Assembly: GCF_001194135.2 (NCBI RefSeq)
Contig: NC_068983.1
Coordinates: 77,409,098-77,444,617 of the forward strand
From: Octopus bimaculoides
Taxonomy: Eukaryota
DNA: 35,520 bases
Reading direction: 5' to 3'
A model generated the notes under the pieces. That model had not been told where the DNA came from and searched no databases. It worked only from the letters and a program-made list of their open reading frames with translations. Shown here one piece after another: positions 1 through 13,450 of this stretch. Every line of letters begins with the position of its first letter. Position 1 is the stretch's first letter. The translations under genes were made by a program, and so were the position numbers.

Positions 1-38
<38 letters not shown>

Positions 39-49
39 CATATATATAC

Positions 50-101
<52 letters not shown>

Positions 102-300
102 ATATATGCACATATACATGCACATACCTGTATGCACGTGTGCACACACGTACTTAAACACATAAACACTCATACATATACATATATACGCATACGAGCA
201 TACGGATATGCATAAATATAGATACACACAAACGCATACATTCATACACAAACACACATACATAAATATCCCTGCATACACAACTACAAACATACATCCA
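1..300. repeat. (TA)n microsatellite grading into degenerate (CA/TA) low-complexity sequence
   Basis: Direct dinucleotide repeats. Confidence 0.95.
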
Positions 301-425
301 TATACATATATGGAAAGCGAAGTAGTGAAGGAAACGCTAAAAATCTGAAAATGCCGTTAAGGAAATATACGTAAAAGAGAAGGTATACATAAAGTGAGAG
401 GGGAGAAGAGAAAACATAGCTAAAA

Positions 426-490
426 CAGAGAGAGAGAGAGAGAGAGAGGGAGAGAAAGAGAGAGAGAGAGCGAAAGAGAGAGAGAGAGGG
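426..490. repeat. (AG)n microsatellite
   Basis: agagagagag runs. Confidence 0.95.
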
Positions 491-1158
491 GGCGGGAAAA
501 AGTGAATAAGTAATAGATAGGAAGATAGCATGAAGAGAGGAATAAGGTCTATCGGAAGAAAGAATAAAGATAATTTCCAGAAATTATTACTAGATGAAAG
601 GTAGATACTATTTAAATAAAAGCAATGGAATGTTTTTGCAATGTTAACACCTGTAAACTCGCTCAATAAACGTGTTCACAAGTTTATGCTTAGAAAAAGA
701 GGATAGAAAGCTGCTCGTCTGTAGAGAGAGGACAGAAAGATTTCTCTTTGTCATAGTGGAAAGATATAGATACAATTTTTTTACATTTACGTTTTATCTA
801 ATATGGCAACAAGCAAAAGAAAGAGAGGAAGAAGCAATTACGCTAACTGTTTCTACAAAATATCTGCTGAATGATCTACTTAATAATTCATATTTATGTT
901 GCTGAAAATTGCAATTTATAAACACATTTCAACTTCTTTGTTTGTGTTCAGACCCTGTTTTCGCAATTCTCGTGTATTGCATATAATGTAATTTACTTAC
1001 CTTACATATACAGTCATGTATAAATGGACCATAATAATAGACTAGCTACAAAAGTACACAGTTATATCAGTTATGACTCATATCATCTTGTATTTATATT
1101 TAAAGTAAAATAACCTTAAAAGATGTGTATTGATTTATTTGTACACACTCACTCATAA

Positions 1159-1161
<3 letters not shown>

Positions 1162-1193
<32 letters not shown>

Positions 1194-1203
1194 NNNNNNN
1201 NNN
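1162..1203. repeat. (CA)n microsatellite ending in a 10-N gap
   Basis: Direct. Confidence 0.95.
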
Positions 1204-1586
1204 TTTTCCTTTTACCTTTCCTCGCATTCGGTAAAGAAAATGTGTTTATTTGGGAAGTCTAGTGTGTGGCATTATTCTGAAGTAATGCCTTTATATAAAT
1301 ATAAATGAATAATTATATTCTTGGGAATAAAAAAATGATAGTTTTTTCCCTTATAAATTTTTTACACACAAGCTTCCTGATAAAACTCTTGTAAAAGATT
1401 TTTATCCCATTATTGAATTTATTAATTATATATATATATGTCATATACATAAGCACTGGAGGAATAAAATGGAAAAATGGCTCTATATACAACATTAAGA
1501 ACACCGAAAAACAGAAAGAAAAACAAGACAATGGATGATATGGACATATTTCATATGCACTCTCACTCATTAGAAAATACCTCTCA

Positions 1587-1606
1587 TTATTATTATTAGT
1601 AGTATT

Positions 1607-1661
<55 letters not shown>

Positions 1662-1687
1662 TTAATATTAATAATAATAATAACAAC

Positions 1688-1739
<52 letters not shown>

Positions 1740-1768
1740 TTAATATTAATAATAATAATAACAACAAC

Positions 1769-1822
<54 letters not shown>
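1587..1822. repeat. (AAT)n trinucleotide microsatellite with AAC and AATATT interruptions
   Basis: Direct; source of the poly-L ORF 1570..1893. Confidence 0.95.
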
Positions 1823-1823
<1 letters not shown>

Positions 1824-1825
1824 TA

Positions 1826-2245
1826 TATAAAGATCTTGAAATAGAAATTAGCAAAATGTGGAATCTGAAGACGAAAATAATACCTATTGTCATAGGTGCC
1901 CTGGGAATGACTGCAAAACGGGCTGATTACTACCTAGCTCAGATACCAGGAAACCCTAAAATGGATGAAGTTCAAAAGATAGTGCTCATGGGAACTGCCC
2001 ATATCCTACGTAAAATACTGTCTATGTGATCTCAAATTTTAAAACAAACACATAATTTTCTTATGGTTTCTTAAACATTCACTTGAACAAAACTGTACAA
2101 ATCCAAATATATGGTACCCTAGGCATAACACTTACATGAACTTCTAACTTGTTGTCTCTTGAGGTCTCTGGGTGAGACTTGGATCCAACTTGTACAAATG
2201 CAAAACAAAAGTCAAACATAAAATAATAATAATAATAATAATAAT
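1826..2245 (+). mobile_element. 5'-truncated R4/Dong-like (RLE) non-LTR retrotransposon 3' end with (AAT)n tail
   Basis: Frame 1826-2029 reads YKDLEIEISKMWNLKTKIIPIVIGALGMTAKRADYYLAQIPGNPKMDEVQKIVLMGTAHILRKILSM*, the typical C-terminal restriction-like endonuclease end (PxxIGALG ... LxGTAHILRK). It is followed by a ~190-nt 3'UTR and (AAT)n at 2222-2245. Confidence 0.85.
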
Positions 2246-2258
2246 TGAGAAAGAAAGC

Positions 2259-2354
2259 AATGTATATATATAAATATATATATACGTGTATATATATAAA
2301 TATATATGCATATATAAATATGTATATATACATGCAGATATATATATATTTATA

Positions 2355-2406
<52 letters not shown>

Positions 2407-2464
2407 TACATAAATATACCTGGGTATGTTTATATGCCTACATAAATATACCTGGGTATGTGTA
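2259..2464. repeat. (TA)n microsatellite plus a 32-bp tandem duplication (2401-2464)
   Basis: tatgcctacataaatatacctgggtatg(t/g)ta occurs twice. Confidence 0.9.
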
Positions 2465-4774
2465 TATGATTATTTTATGCCGGTTGAAAATGACTGATTT
2501 TTTTCAATATAAAACTAAGTAATATGAAGAAAAGAAGATGAAACGGATCATACCTTTATCCACGTTCTACGTGAAACACAACAGTTCCAATGCTTTCTGA
2601 GATGTGAAAATTCCAGCTTAACATATAAGCAAATAGGTGCAGTTATTCATAATGTTTGAAAAATATAATTTGACGTTTTTAACTTTTACCTTCAGATATT
2701 ATATGGTAGCTTAACTTCCATAGCGAAAATATCTATCGCATACTTTCATATAAGTTTTAATCACAACGAAAATATTTTCTTTTGGACATATTAATGAACA
2801 TGCACGCAATTCAAAATTATTTACTCAAAACACACACTCATTTGTTTGTGTATCCCTCATAATCTAATCAATTTCATGTCCTCGATTTATATATTTATAT
2901 TTGTGGCACATGTTTGAAGTTGGAAACAGCTTAAAAGAACACTCTTCAGAATTGGGTTATTACATTCCTCATCAGATACAATTATTTAAAAGTCGTTTGC
3001 TTTGTGAACATAATGTTGCCATTGTCACCCTTAATACTTAGATGTCGCTATTGAATAGATATCAACTCTCGAAATCATTTTAGAATATATTTCTCTTGAC
3101 ATTCATGGTCTGAGTGACATTTCCCTTAAACACTCTAACAGTCTTCTCAAGTGTGTATAAAAATGTTTTATTACTTTATATCTCGTAGAGTATTTGCTTA
3201 CTGCATAATTTAACATTATAGATATAATACACAGATTCGTTTTGCGTAAGAATTTCATAAAGCCAGCAGCTCTCAAGTTTTAACCTATATGTCATCAATA
3301 AAGAAAATAGTACTGTAAACATTCTGATATTACAAGCAAAGGTGTATCCAAGTATAACAAGTAAAACATGTGATGATAGTCATGAAATATTATACCGATT
3401 CTCTACGTCTTTATACGTAGTAGCTATTAAGGTGAACCGTCAACAAAATATTTCTATTCATTGTCAGCGGCAGAAGATTATGTATCTGAATTGTGGTTAT
3501 TGAAATTAGTGAGTAATCAAGTTTACTAGACCTTGTTTTGGACATGGATTATAAACACCATAGATTTGTGGAACAGTCGTAGAGTCGATTTATGCCACAG
3601 CTTTATCTGTTCAAACAGCGCATTTGACTGATATTTCTACGTATATCATCATTACTCAGGGTATTTTTTTACAATTTCAGATTTGCATTAATCGATATTT
3701 AATTAATCGGAAAGTAGGGAATAGTTTAATGAAAATTTCACAGCTATTTAAAGTAATTAAAATTATTATGCAAACTATCTGTGGTTATTTTAATATCAGT
3801 TATAAAATTATTTATTGTCCTTCTCAGAATCAATACCGATTTAGCAGAAACAAGTTTAGGAGCATTTCAGAAACGACTAGTCTTTTTTATTGTGTATAAC
3901 TAAAAATAAATTCCATCTTTAAACCTTAAAATTCTGTTCTGAGAGAGATTTTCGACTAATTTCTAACAGCTGACGAAATTAGGTTTGGGCTCTGGACGTG
4001 ACGCATAGTGACAATAGCAGTATCAGCTAGTTGTGCGGATGCAAGACTTCTGGGAGTGAAATGAATTAGATCTTTATAATTATAATAAGCCTACAGGTGA
4101 AAGCTGAAAATTTTATTCGTTTTATTCGTATTTAAGCGCCAGCACTTGTATACTTATACATTTCATATCTTTCTATTTGAGCTATATAATATTTTCAAGG
4201 ACAATTCTTCAAAATTCATACTACATAATTTGTAAGCCCGTTATTTCTTAAACAGTAGTTACTGGTACTGGAAAAAATCTGGTCTTTTCTATTCCATTAT
4301 AAAAATCTAGATTTGACCAGAGGCTAGGTAGCAATGTTGCCTGAGATCGGATTTTCATTCTCTAGATTATAAAGTCTGTATGTACATACGAAGGGAATTA
4401 CAATGAAGTTGTTTTTAATTTTCCTTACTTTTTTGAATTTTTTACTGATCACTGAAATTGGCCACATTATGCCTAACTGTTTATATTTCATTTAAATCGT
4501 TAGTACCTACATTCGTTCTTGCATTGAATCGCAAATGAATATCTTCACTTAACTTATACAGAGTGATCATCTTCACAATTAGAAGTAATGAAATCAATAA
4601 AAGTGTATAGTTTAATGTTAGGCATGTTAACAACTTGTTTAAATATGCATTAAATATAATTAAAGGCCAATTTCAAGAATATATGCATATGATCTAATGA
4701 GCAAATTTCGTTGTAGATTCTTTTTCAAAGTTATTTCAGGCACATATTCTTCAGAAATTGTATAAATAAGAAAA

Positions 4775-5170
4775 CTAACTGCAATAACAAGAGCAACAAC
4801 AAAACTCGTAAACGATCTCTAGAAAAATCAATACTAGTAAGTACATAAAATCAACATATGCGACAATAATGATGATATTACAAGGACAACATGACAGAAA
4901 CTTTTGAATGAACATTATGAATAACAGCTGCAATAAGAAAAGCAGAAAGAATGACAACTACAATAAATACCCAAAAATAATTACAAGAATTCTACATGAC
5001 AATACTAAACAAAACAGATTAGAGAAGCACTAATAATTACAACAGCAACACAGATAATGAGAATACCACGAACAACAGTAACAACAAGAAATACAGCAAT
5101 ATTAAGAATGATCGTCTCCACATAAAAAAAAGAAAGAAATTAAAATAAACTATGAAAAGAGAAAAAATAC
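4775..5170. repeat. Decayed (CAA/AAT)-type trinucleotide low-complexity tract
   Basis: Residual period-3 aca/caa/aat units. Confidence 0.6.
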
Positions 5171-6272
5171 AACAAAACCACGGTGTACGCTAGTAATCTG
5201 CATTTTCTCTAAGAAGGTATGTTTTCTTGCTAAGTATTTACCTAGATGTATTCTTTTTTTTTTCTTTTCTCAGGCTTTGTGTATATTCTTTCTTGTGTAA
5301 AATTAATTTCATGACTGAAGAAAAGAAGATATACATGAACATTGTACAAACAGAATATTGAATATACGGAAAGAACCGGGTGCACTTTGAAGTGACGTAT
5401 ATTCCATGATGAATTATAACTGGAAATTTATTTCTTCTAACATTTGTTTATGTATTCATTCATTTATTAATTTTTCTTTGCCTTTTGGAGTAGAGAAACC
5501 TATTAATTCTTTCAGATCAAATTACCAAACATCATTTATATTCATTACTTTGAGGTTCGCTATAACGATGTAAGGAAATATTTCTAGCGATGTGTGTTAA
5601 TGTGTGCTTGTTTCTCTGTGCTTATACATACTGAAATTTGTATTGCAACTCCACTATATGCTCATATGTATTAAAATGACATGCATATTGAAATGGGTCA
5701 TTTGTTTACCAGTTAAATTTTAATTTCTATATTAATCACTTGATATTTCAACATGGAGTGTCATACATATATTTTTCATATGCCTACAATAAATGTTACA
5801 TTGAAAAATATTCAACAAATTTGCTTCTATTTTCATCCTTTGTAAATTTCGTTCTTTTAAGATTTATCTAAGTTAAAAGTCTAGCTTCATATGATTAAAT
5901 AAATTTAACATATGCTTGCAAATATTTCAATATGTAAATAGTTTCTTACACTGTGATATTCCTGCTACTGTGAGCTAAGTAGTACTAGACATTTACGTTC
6001 TACACTGCACATAATTACGTGCAATTATGTTGCGATATATCAATAGGGGAGATTAGTTCTAAAACTTTAGGTAACCTATACGAAAGAGAGCTTGAAAAGC
6101 AAGTTTTATATCTAGATATCCAATTCAAGTTTCAATTTTATCAGTTTTATATATGTGGAAATTTGTAAAATTATATCTCATATCTAATACAAATAATTAA
6201 ATTGCTTTATATTTCGAAATTAGTATCATCTGTACGTTATTCATACAATTGCATACAGATAATAATTGTGAA

Positions 6273-6605
6273 GGCGCATGACTCACTGGTTAGCAATTCG
6301 AGCTTACGATCGTGAGGTTGTGAGTTCGATTTCCGGACCGGGCTGCGTGTTGTGTTCTTGAGCAAGACACTTTATTTCACGTTGCTCCAGTTACCTTAGC
6401 TGTAGAAATGAGTTGCCACATCACTGGTGCCAAGCTGTATCAGCGTTTACCTTTCCCTTGGATAACATCAGTGGTGTGGAGAGGAGAGGCTGGTATATAT
6501 TGGCGACTGCTGGCCTTCCATAAACAACCTTGCCTGGACATGTGCCTCGGTGGGTAACTTTCTAGGTACAATCACATGGTCATTCATGACCGAAGGGGTC
6601 TCCTA
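6273..6605 (+). mobile_element. tRNA-derived SINE, near full length
   Basis: Head ggcgcatgactcactggttag (A-box-like), gagttcgatttcc (B-box-like), then gtgttcttgagcaagacacttta core. Confidence 0.85.
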
Positions 6606-9600
6606 TTCATCCAGTTCACATCAAGAGCAGAAAAACAAGTATTCTATGATGTGCTCTTTTAGAGATATTAAACAGCAACAAAAACGTAACCAGAGAACCG
6701 ATTACAGACTAGATTCCATGGCAGATCGCGTCGTATTCAAGCCATAGTATACTACACTCTATGTTCATCCATTAAAACACCTTATTCTTATATGTAAGAT
6801 ATTCGGGGATTGAAAAGGAGGTGTAACGAAACTATTAGATCGGCGAAAAATACGTTCGGCTTTCAACTCTAAATTTCAAACATTCTAATAAAGAGCTAAC
6901 TTCAATCTAACCCTTGTACATGAGCACTTGTTAGATACTTGGCGCTCAACGTAGTTCGAGGTGAATTTTAAAGAAGACAGGTTGTGTTTTCGGTGTTTTC
7001 ACTAAAAATGCAATAGCAAATGAACATTATCAACACTTCATGCAATTTCAGTGAAGAAAAGACAAGAAAGGAAAGAAAACTGCACGAAGATACGTGCTGT
7101 GTACCAAAAGGATACTGATACGTATCGTATGTTCCAGAAATTGTTCTTCAGATTTCCATACGAAACTGAGATTAACAGCGACAGAATAAAAGTGCTAGGG
7201 ACACCAGCCCCCGCTATACGACTAAGATAATCGTAGATTTTCTCCAACTACCCTAATCGAGTGTACACAACTATTTGCATCAACTTGATTACGTCAGTAG
7301 TTTCGATGTTTGTGTTTCACATAAAGAGAATGAGATTAACCTCGCCCACTAGATTTTCATCTACGAATTTAGAATTTGCAGCCACTGATGCGTTTATCAT
7401 CAACTTAGTACACTCATTAACTGACCAAGGAAACATTGCTAATAAACACACAGATCGTAAGGATTTTGATAGTTCCGCCTGTTTGCCTTGTTTATATGAT
7501 GCTTTCTTGGCAGATAATTTAATAAATAAATTGTTGGTATATAAAGCCTTTGTTGCAATGTTCTTTTATACTGAAATATATGTCTCCATTTGAGTGAAAA
7601 CAGTACACAACAGACATTTGTAAACCCGAGATGGTTTAAGTGAGTATTTAAGTTAAATGCCAACACAGGCTGAAAATATAAGTCTGATGTTTCTTCCGTT
7701 TGCACTGGTGAAAAATCTGAATAGTTTTACTGCAGTAATATTAAAGAAATAGTGAAAGTATATAAACTGTCAATATCACGTTTCGTTATCCGATACACTT
7801 TAAATATATATGTCTGAAACTCATTATTCTCTATTGTGCATTCTGGATAGATTTCAGTAATTGAATCCCAAGCCTCAGATAAGAAAGATAGGTCAGAAGT
7901 TATGATGGCAACTTCGGGGATATAAGTAAGTATTCACATATTTATTCTGTTTCCCAAACGGAACTTACGGGGTTTGAAACGAGATACAAATATGAATTAT
8001 AATTTGAAACAATGCCTGACGTCCTAATAGTTTATGAAATAAGTATTACTAATACACTTGAGACTTTTACATCATTCTTTCAAATATTCCCTTTCATAGA
8101 ATATCTATGTAAAGAAACTCCTGCAGAAATCGGACACCACTCTAATTTTCTGACAATATCCACGTGAAATGAATGCTAAAATAATTTCAAAGAATCTGCC
8201 ATATCGTTTCCGTGCTTCTTTTTCTGCAGAATGAAATAATAATAAAGGCTTTAAGAGAAGAATATCAAGTGCAGTGGCCGAGTGGTCACTTCACTTATTT
8301 TGCTTATATCTGGTTGATTGCATAAAGAATCATAGGTGATACTTTCTCAGTCTAAAGTTTCCTCACTATCTAGAAACTACAACTTTCAAGTACGGAAATT
8401 AGCTTATAGACAAAACGAATATTGAATTAATATTGCTGTAATGAAATATACAGTAAGAGAAATAATGAGGATTTAAGAATGTATTTTTTCCAAGCGGATG
8501 AATGTTTTCAAATAATTTCTAGTCGGTTCAAAATACAATTTCCTTCACAAAAAATCTGGTTGTTATTGTGATGTTTGCTGAACTAAGCTGTGTTACGATA
8601 ATTTAGGATACACACATTCAGAATCCATACAACTAAATATTTGCAATTCTCCCTGTTTAATATTATGATATCTAGTTAGTCAACTTCATTCCTTGTTACA
8701 GTGCAGCAAGAGATATAGAGAAAATGACTAATTATGTTACTGAGTAAATTGAAATCTGTAAAGAAAACCACTGCCTGATATTTTTGTTGGTAATGCTAGG
8801 AATCAATTTATTTTGTTGTAGTAATTACAGGTTTTTCGCATTGGTGTGAAATATATTCCTCGCTTTTAAGATATATGTATTCACGGTTCTTTCATATGTT
8901 TATAGATTAAAAAAAAAACTAATATCTTATTTCTCACGAAGATTTGAATTGTACCATTCATTCTAATTAACCAATCATTTCAAAGTACGTCTATGCAGAT
9001 CAACACGTACGCACAGTCTCTATAAGCACACAAGTGTATATATAATAATGCATATAAATCCTAAAGTCTAAATTTTTTAAAGCAAATTTCAGTGTATTGC
9101 GGACAATTTATTCCAATGTAGTTACAATTCTAGAATTTTCACACCCATTAATCCTTTACTTATCCGTCCCTACTTCCCAGTAGAAGTAGTAGCCAAAACC
9201 TATTTAAATAACTTCTTGTTATTTTGAATGAATGAAGTAATTTGTGTGCAATAGAGTTGCATTTACACCTAACAACGCGAACTGTACTTCGATGAATTTT
9301 CCTTTACATCATTTATCAGTTTGATAATCGTTGGCATAAAGATAAACAACAGCGAGAAAATCAGTTACTACAACAGTAACCAAAACAGCATAAACACCAA
9401 GAAAACTAAACAGCAATTTGGTTTGAATTTAGTCTCTGGGTTACTGGAGATTTTTTGTCGAATGTATGTTCAGAGAATTGTCTCTATACTACAACGATAT
9501 TTTATATATTTAACCGTTTTCTATTTAACTCTTTCAACTTTAAACACTCATCCACTCTCATACATATATATATCTTTCTTGATCTCGATCTCTCTGTCTT

Positions 9601-10139
9601 TCTCTTTTCCGGTGTCAATATATACTTGATCATATGCATTTGAGAATACACATTGTTCTATATATCTTCAATATCATATATGCAGGCGTAGAGTGCATTT
9701 TTGAACGTTCGCTTCTTCAACTATGCCCACGCCTTCAGCTTAAATCAATAATTGACATTCCTTCATTTTGTTATAAATAAGAGAAATGCCTCCTAATTAC
9801 CAAATTCCCATTATTCAGACCAAATTATAAAATATACCTTACACCACATGAAATCTTGATTGTACGGTCATGTTATGCTTGATACTGATAACAAGATCAT
9901 CATAAACGATACCAATAAAAACAATATTACGGTACCCGTAAGTTAATTAAGAAAATATAATTACTCTTCAGATCATCTTTACTTTTAAATCTATTCTTCT
10001 CCGGCGCTATGAAAATGCTCAAGATTACAATTCAATCAGCTACGTAAAGAGGCCATAACATACTGGTAGAAAGCTCACTTATACTTTAGTTATTTTACGA
10101 GAAAACAAATTCGCAAAAAAAGCAACTTTATTTGCTAAA

Positions 10140-10600
10140 CAAAACTGGCTAACAAAGAGAGTAATTATTCCAAATCAATTTGCTAATCGATCTTCTAAGT
10201 CCACCAGGAACCAGCCAAAATCTGTCATAAGGGAGATCGAAAATTATGTGAAAAACTACTGCTGCGATCACTAATCTCTCATGATTTAAGAGAGATGGTT
10301 CTTGAATATAGTCAACATAAGAGCGTCTGGAAACCACATTTCCAAAAAATTTTTCCAACTATCCTTAACTGTTCTTGAACGAACTGGGAGAAGAAAAAAA
10401 AACGTTAGATTACACAGGATGTTACCGAAGATGCTCCTGAAAAACACAGATTTTTGTACTGGAAAATCAATAAATTCCTATACACGACTGGTATTACTCT
10501 TAAACACTGGGGAGCAGTGTGCAGTATACGTACTCATGAAAATACTAAATGGAAGCAACCGAGGTGAAGAAGACGTCACAAAATTATGAACAACCTGCAC
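10140..10600 (+). mobile_element. Heavily decayed LINE reverse-transcriptase relic (CR1/L2-like)
   Basis: Fragments resemble early RT motifs: KLCEKLLLRSLISH...SQH, LSLTVLER, DFCTGKS...GEQCAVY (cf. QxGFRxGRS...vylD). Multiple stops and frameshifts. Confidence 0.35.
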
Positions 10601-11339
10601 AAAATTAGAAGATGTTTAACCACGACATTAAATGTATGGTGCAGAATGTAATCACACCTCGTCATTTCTATTTGAAAAATTGTCTAAAATCTTTATACTG
10701 TTTAAATATTGGCAGTAAAATATACAGACAATCACTGAGAACCTTATAAAGGGAAAGCGCCCGAAAGAGACATAATGGTGGGATATTGGTACATAAAATC
10801 ATTAATGTTCATATTCAGAAGAAGCTTCGAACAAGTGTAAATATAACAAGCCGAATATAGATGTCAGTGATATAAAAGAAAACTCCGTACCGTCATACAG
10901 GTCGGCTGTCTTGCTAACATGAATATCTCATCGAAAATCAAATGAAAAGACCATTGCTATGGAAACGTCTCCGAAATCTTATAGCTATGATACGCAGATT
11001 ATAAATTCATAGTTATACTAATAATAATTGTGCAGTTAAATTTGTTAGATGATACGTGACAATTCTGAAACGCTAAAGCTTTCAGTAAAGGGAAATCAAT
11101 CGCATTACAAATGCAATCTGTCAGCAGAGGAGTAAAAACTAAAAACAAAAACATTATGATAGGTTTTTCTCAAGTAGCATTGATTTTGCTCACTGCATAC
11201 AAACAACGGAAATTACTTTTTGCTTTGTTACAAACCAGCACTTTTCTCGTAGGAAAATCTCAAATAATTAGTAACTCAAGACGACATACCTACCAAGAGC
11301 CCTGCATATACAACTACAAATATTAGAATCCTCATCACC

Positions 11340-12075
11340 AAAAAGTGTTTGACTACTTTGCCTCTTCCAGAAACAATTGATTAAATATACTGTGAAAAAT
11401 TATGAAACAGTGCAGGAACTCGTCATTTGAACTTTCTGGTACACTATCACATTTAGACAAGGGATAGATAGGAATGCACGCAGACGATCGGTACTGAAGC
11501 ATGTGTTCAAACATGACAGGTACAGTGGATGTCTAACTGCCGCACCTGCAAAAGCGAACATACTAGATCTGGTTAAAGAGGGACAAGTAGGTGGAGACGG
11601 ACGAACTGTTTGTTGAAAATAGTGTGCTTGCTCAGACTCATGTGCGGAGGAGACTTTACCGTGGGAATGGGAGTCTCAGGTTTTGAAAGAAACAAATGTA
11701 GAGACATAGAATTATGGGATGCTGATGACAGGGACAATAATGTCGAAAACATTCATTGCAAGAAGTACTGCTGGTGGGGAGGTGAAATATAAGAAGGTGT
11801 GTAAGGAACTGACAAAGGAAATAAAGTGTTTAGCATTTCAAAGAAGAGAGCATTGATGATATATTCTTCAATGCTACTGTTGTTTGGCTCTAGCCATTCG
11901 ATAGTCAAAATATGTTTTATCATTGTTGGGGGCCATTTTTGTGACAATGGTTACATCAATAAAGTGTTCTTGGACGAGAAATAGTTGACAGTGAGGTCAA
12001 GCTCTGCGAGATGAACGATCGCGAATCAAGCTTGGACAGGAGACAGACAGCAACACGTCTTCCTTGTTCCAGCTA
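11340..12075 (-). mobile_element. Penelope-like element reverse-transcriptase relic
   Basis: Minus-strand frames give VHLAELDLTVNYFS (cf. LAELVLTxNxF), VTKMAPN (GTKMAPNYA), EEYIINALF (RYIDD region), SVPIVCVHSYL (SVxYKPTDSHSYL) and FSQYI*SIVS (YSQFLRLRRICS), in collinear order with frameshifts. Confidence 0.75.
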
Positions 12076-12084
12076 CAACGTAGG

Positions 12085-12220
12085 TATATATAAATATATA
12101 TTCATACATATATATTATATATGTGTAGGTTTGTGTGTATGTGTGCATGTACATACATATACATATGCATATATGTGTGTGTTTGTGTGTATGCGTGCAT
12201 GCGTGTATGTATATATAGTG
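12085..12220. repeat. Mixed (TA)/(TG) microsatellite
   Basis: Direct. Confidence 0.85.
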
Positions 12221-12492
12221 GTTTTAATGGCTGAAATGCCTTAACACATACTGAACATATTTCCAGATTGTAAAACTTGCCAACTGAATTTGTTTAAATA
12301 CATAAATATGATTGCTCTGATACATAACTGCACTTTCATTGGTGTTAAAAATGCAGTTAGATAAATAACAGAATGCATCACAAGTTTTATATACAATTGT
12401 AAATATCTAAGCAAATGGAGTAATTGCAGAATAGTTACGATGTCAACGGTGATATTTTCAATTCATTTTATTTTCATTATATTAAGTCCTAA

Positions 12493-12704
12493 AGCGGTGA
12501 GCTGGCAGAATTGTTAGCATGCCGCGCAAAATGTTTAGCAGCGTTTCGACTCCTTTATTGTTCTGAGTTCTAATTCCGCCGAGATCGTCTTGGCTCCTTA
12601 TCCCTTTTGGGGTCGATAAAAGTAGGGTCACGTGAGTTCTGGGGTCGATGTAATCGACTTATCCACTCCCCGTAAATTGCTGGACTTGAGCCAAAATTTG
12701 AAAC
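12493..12704 (+). mobile_element. Octopus-type tRNA-derived SINE (family A), full length
   Basis: gcggtgagctggcagaattgttagc head, gagttctaattccgccgag B-box region, ggggtcgatgtaatcgac core, ccaaaatttgaaac tail; homologous to the copies at 16103, 23425, 26754 and 27026. Confidence 0.85.
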
Positions 12705-13207
12705 TAATATTACATTAAGTCTTACTGGACAAACGATTGGTACAAATTACCAGAGTTTTTATTTTTACTAACTCCACTCTGTAACGTGTCCTCATGTATG
12801 CATACAGTTTCTTATTTTATTAATCTCATGAACTCGGAAAATTACGGAAGAGGCAGTGGTACATTAAAAGTATTGCGGCTTAAAAATTGATTTGAAACAT
12901 CTTACGTCTACTATCTTTAAAATTAATATGGCGTATTTTGGGATCTTATTTTACTCAGAATTTTCTTCAGATGTACACCACTCTACATGTCAAAAACTTT
13001 TGCTATATTTTGATAATTATATGTTAAAAAATGCATGAATAATTATTAAAATAGTTTCTGTATGGTAGATGTATGACCCATTTATTACTCATAAACTTTA
13101 AAAACAGAATGTTTAATAACAGAAACTTATATAGACCCCGATTGAGAATCCTCTTGTCTAAACTTAAAATAATCAGCTAATTTACTCTAATACTTTTCAA
13201 TTTACAG

Positions 13208-13414
13208 TTTTCTTTTATTTGTTACAGTCATTTGACTGCAGTCATGCTGGAGCACCGAATTCAGTCGAACAAATCGACCTCATGACTTATTCTTTGTAAG
13301 CCTAGCAGTTATTCCATCAGTATATTTTGCCGAACCGCTAAGTTATAGAGAGATAAACACACCAGCATCTGTTGTTAAGCGATGGTGGGGAACAAATACA
13401 GACACACAAAAACA

Positions 13415-13450
<36 letters not shown>

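Noticed and set aside
930-990. + acceptor followed by PVFAILVYCI* (TM4-like end)
   Set aside because: Only 10 codons, with no linked exons
1313-1570. Minus ORF with FIPPVLMYMTYIYII, resembling GPCR TM5
   Set aside because: No other helices, no splice support, and part of it comes from a TA repeat; T-rich strands readily give hydrophobic peptides
2941-2976. Minus-strand CTGATGA...GAAG hammerhead-like motif
   Set aside because: GAAA is broken and there is no stem I/III or cleavage triplet
3540-3900. ORF 3624..3899 with vague CR1 RT resemblance (INRYLINRK)
   Set aside because: No intact diagnostic motif; too decayed to call
6273-6350. tRNA-like heads here and at 17241
   Set aside because: These are SINE heads with A/B boxes continuing into SINE bodies; no complete cloverleaf, so not tRNA genes
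10149-10358. Minus ORF resembling GPCR TM6 (VIAAVVFHIIFDLPY)
   Set aside because: Better explained as the antisense of the + strand RT relic
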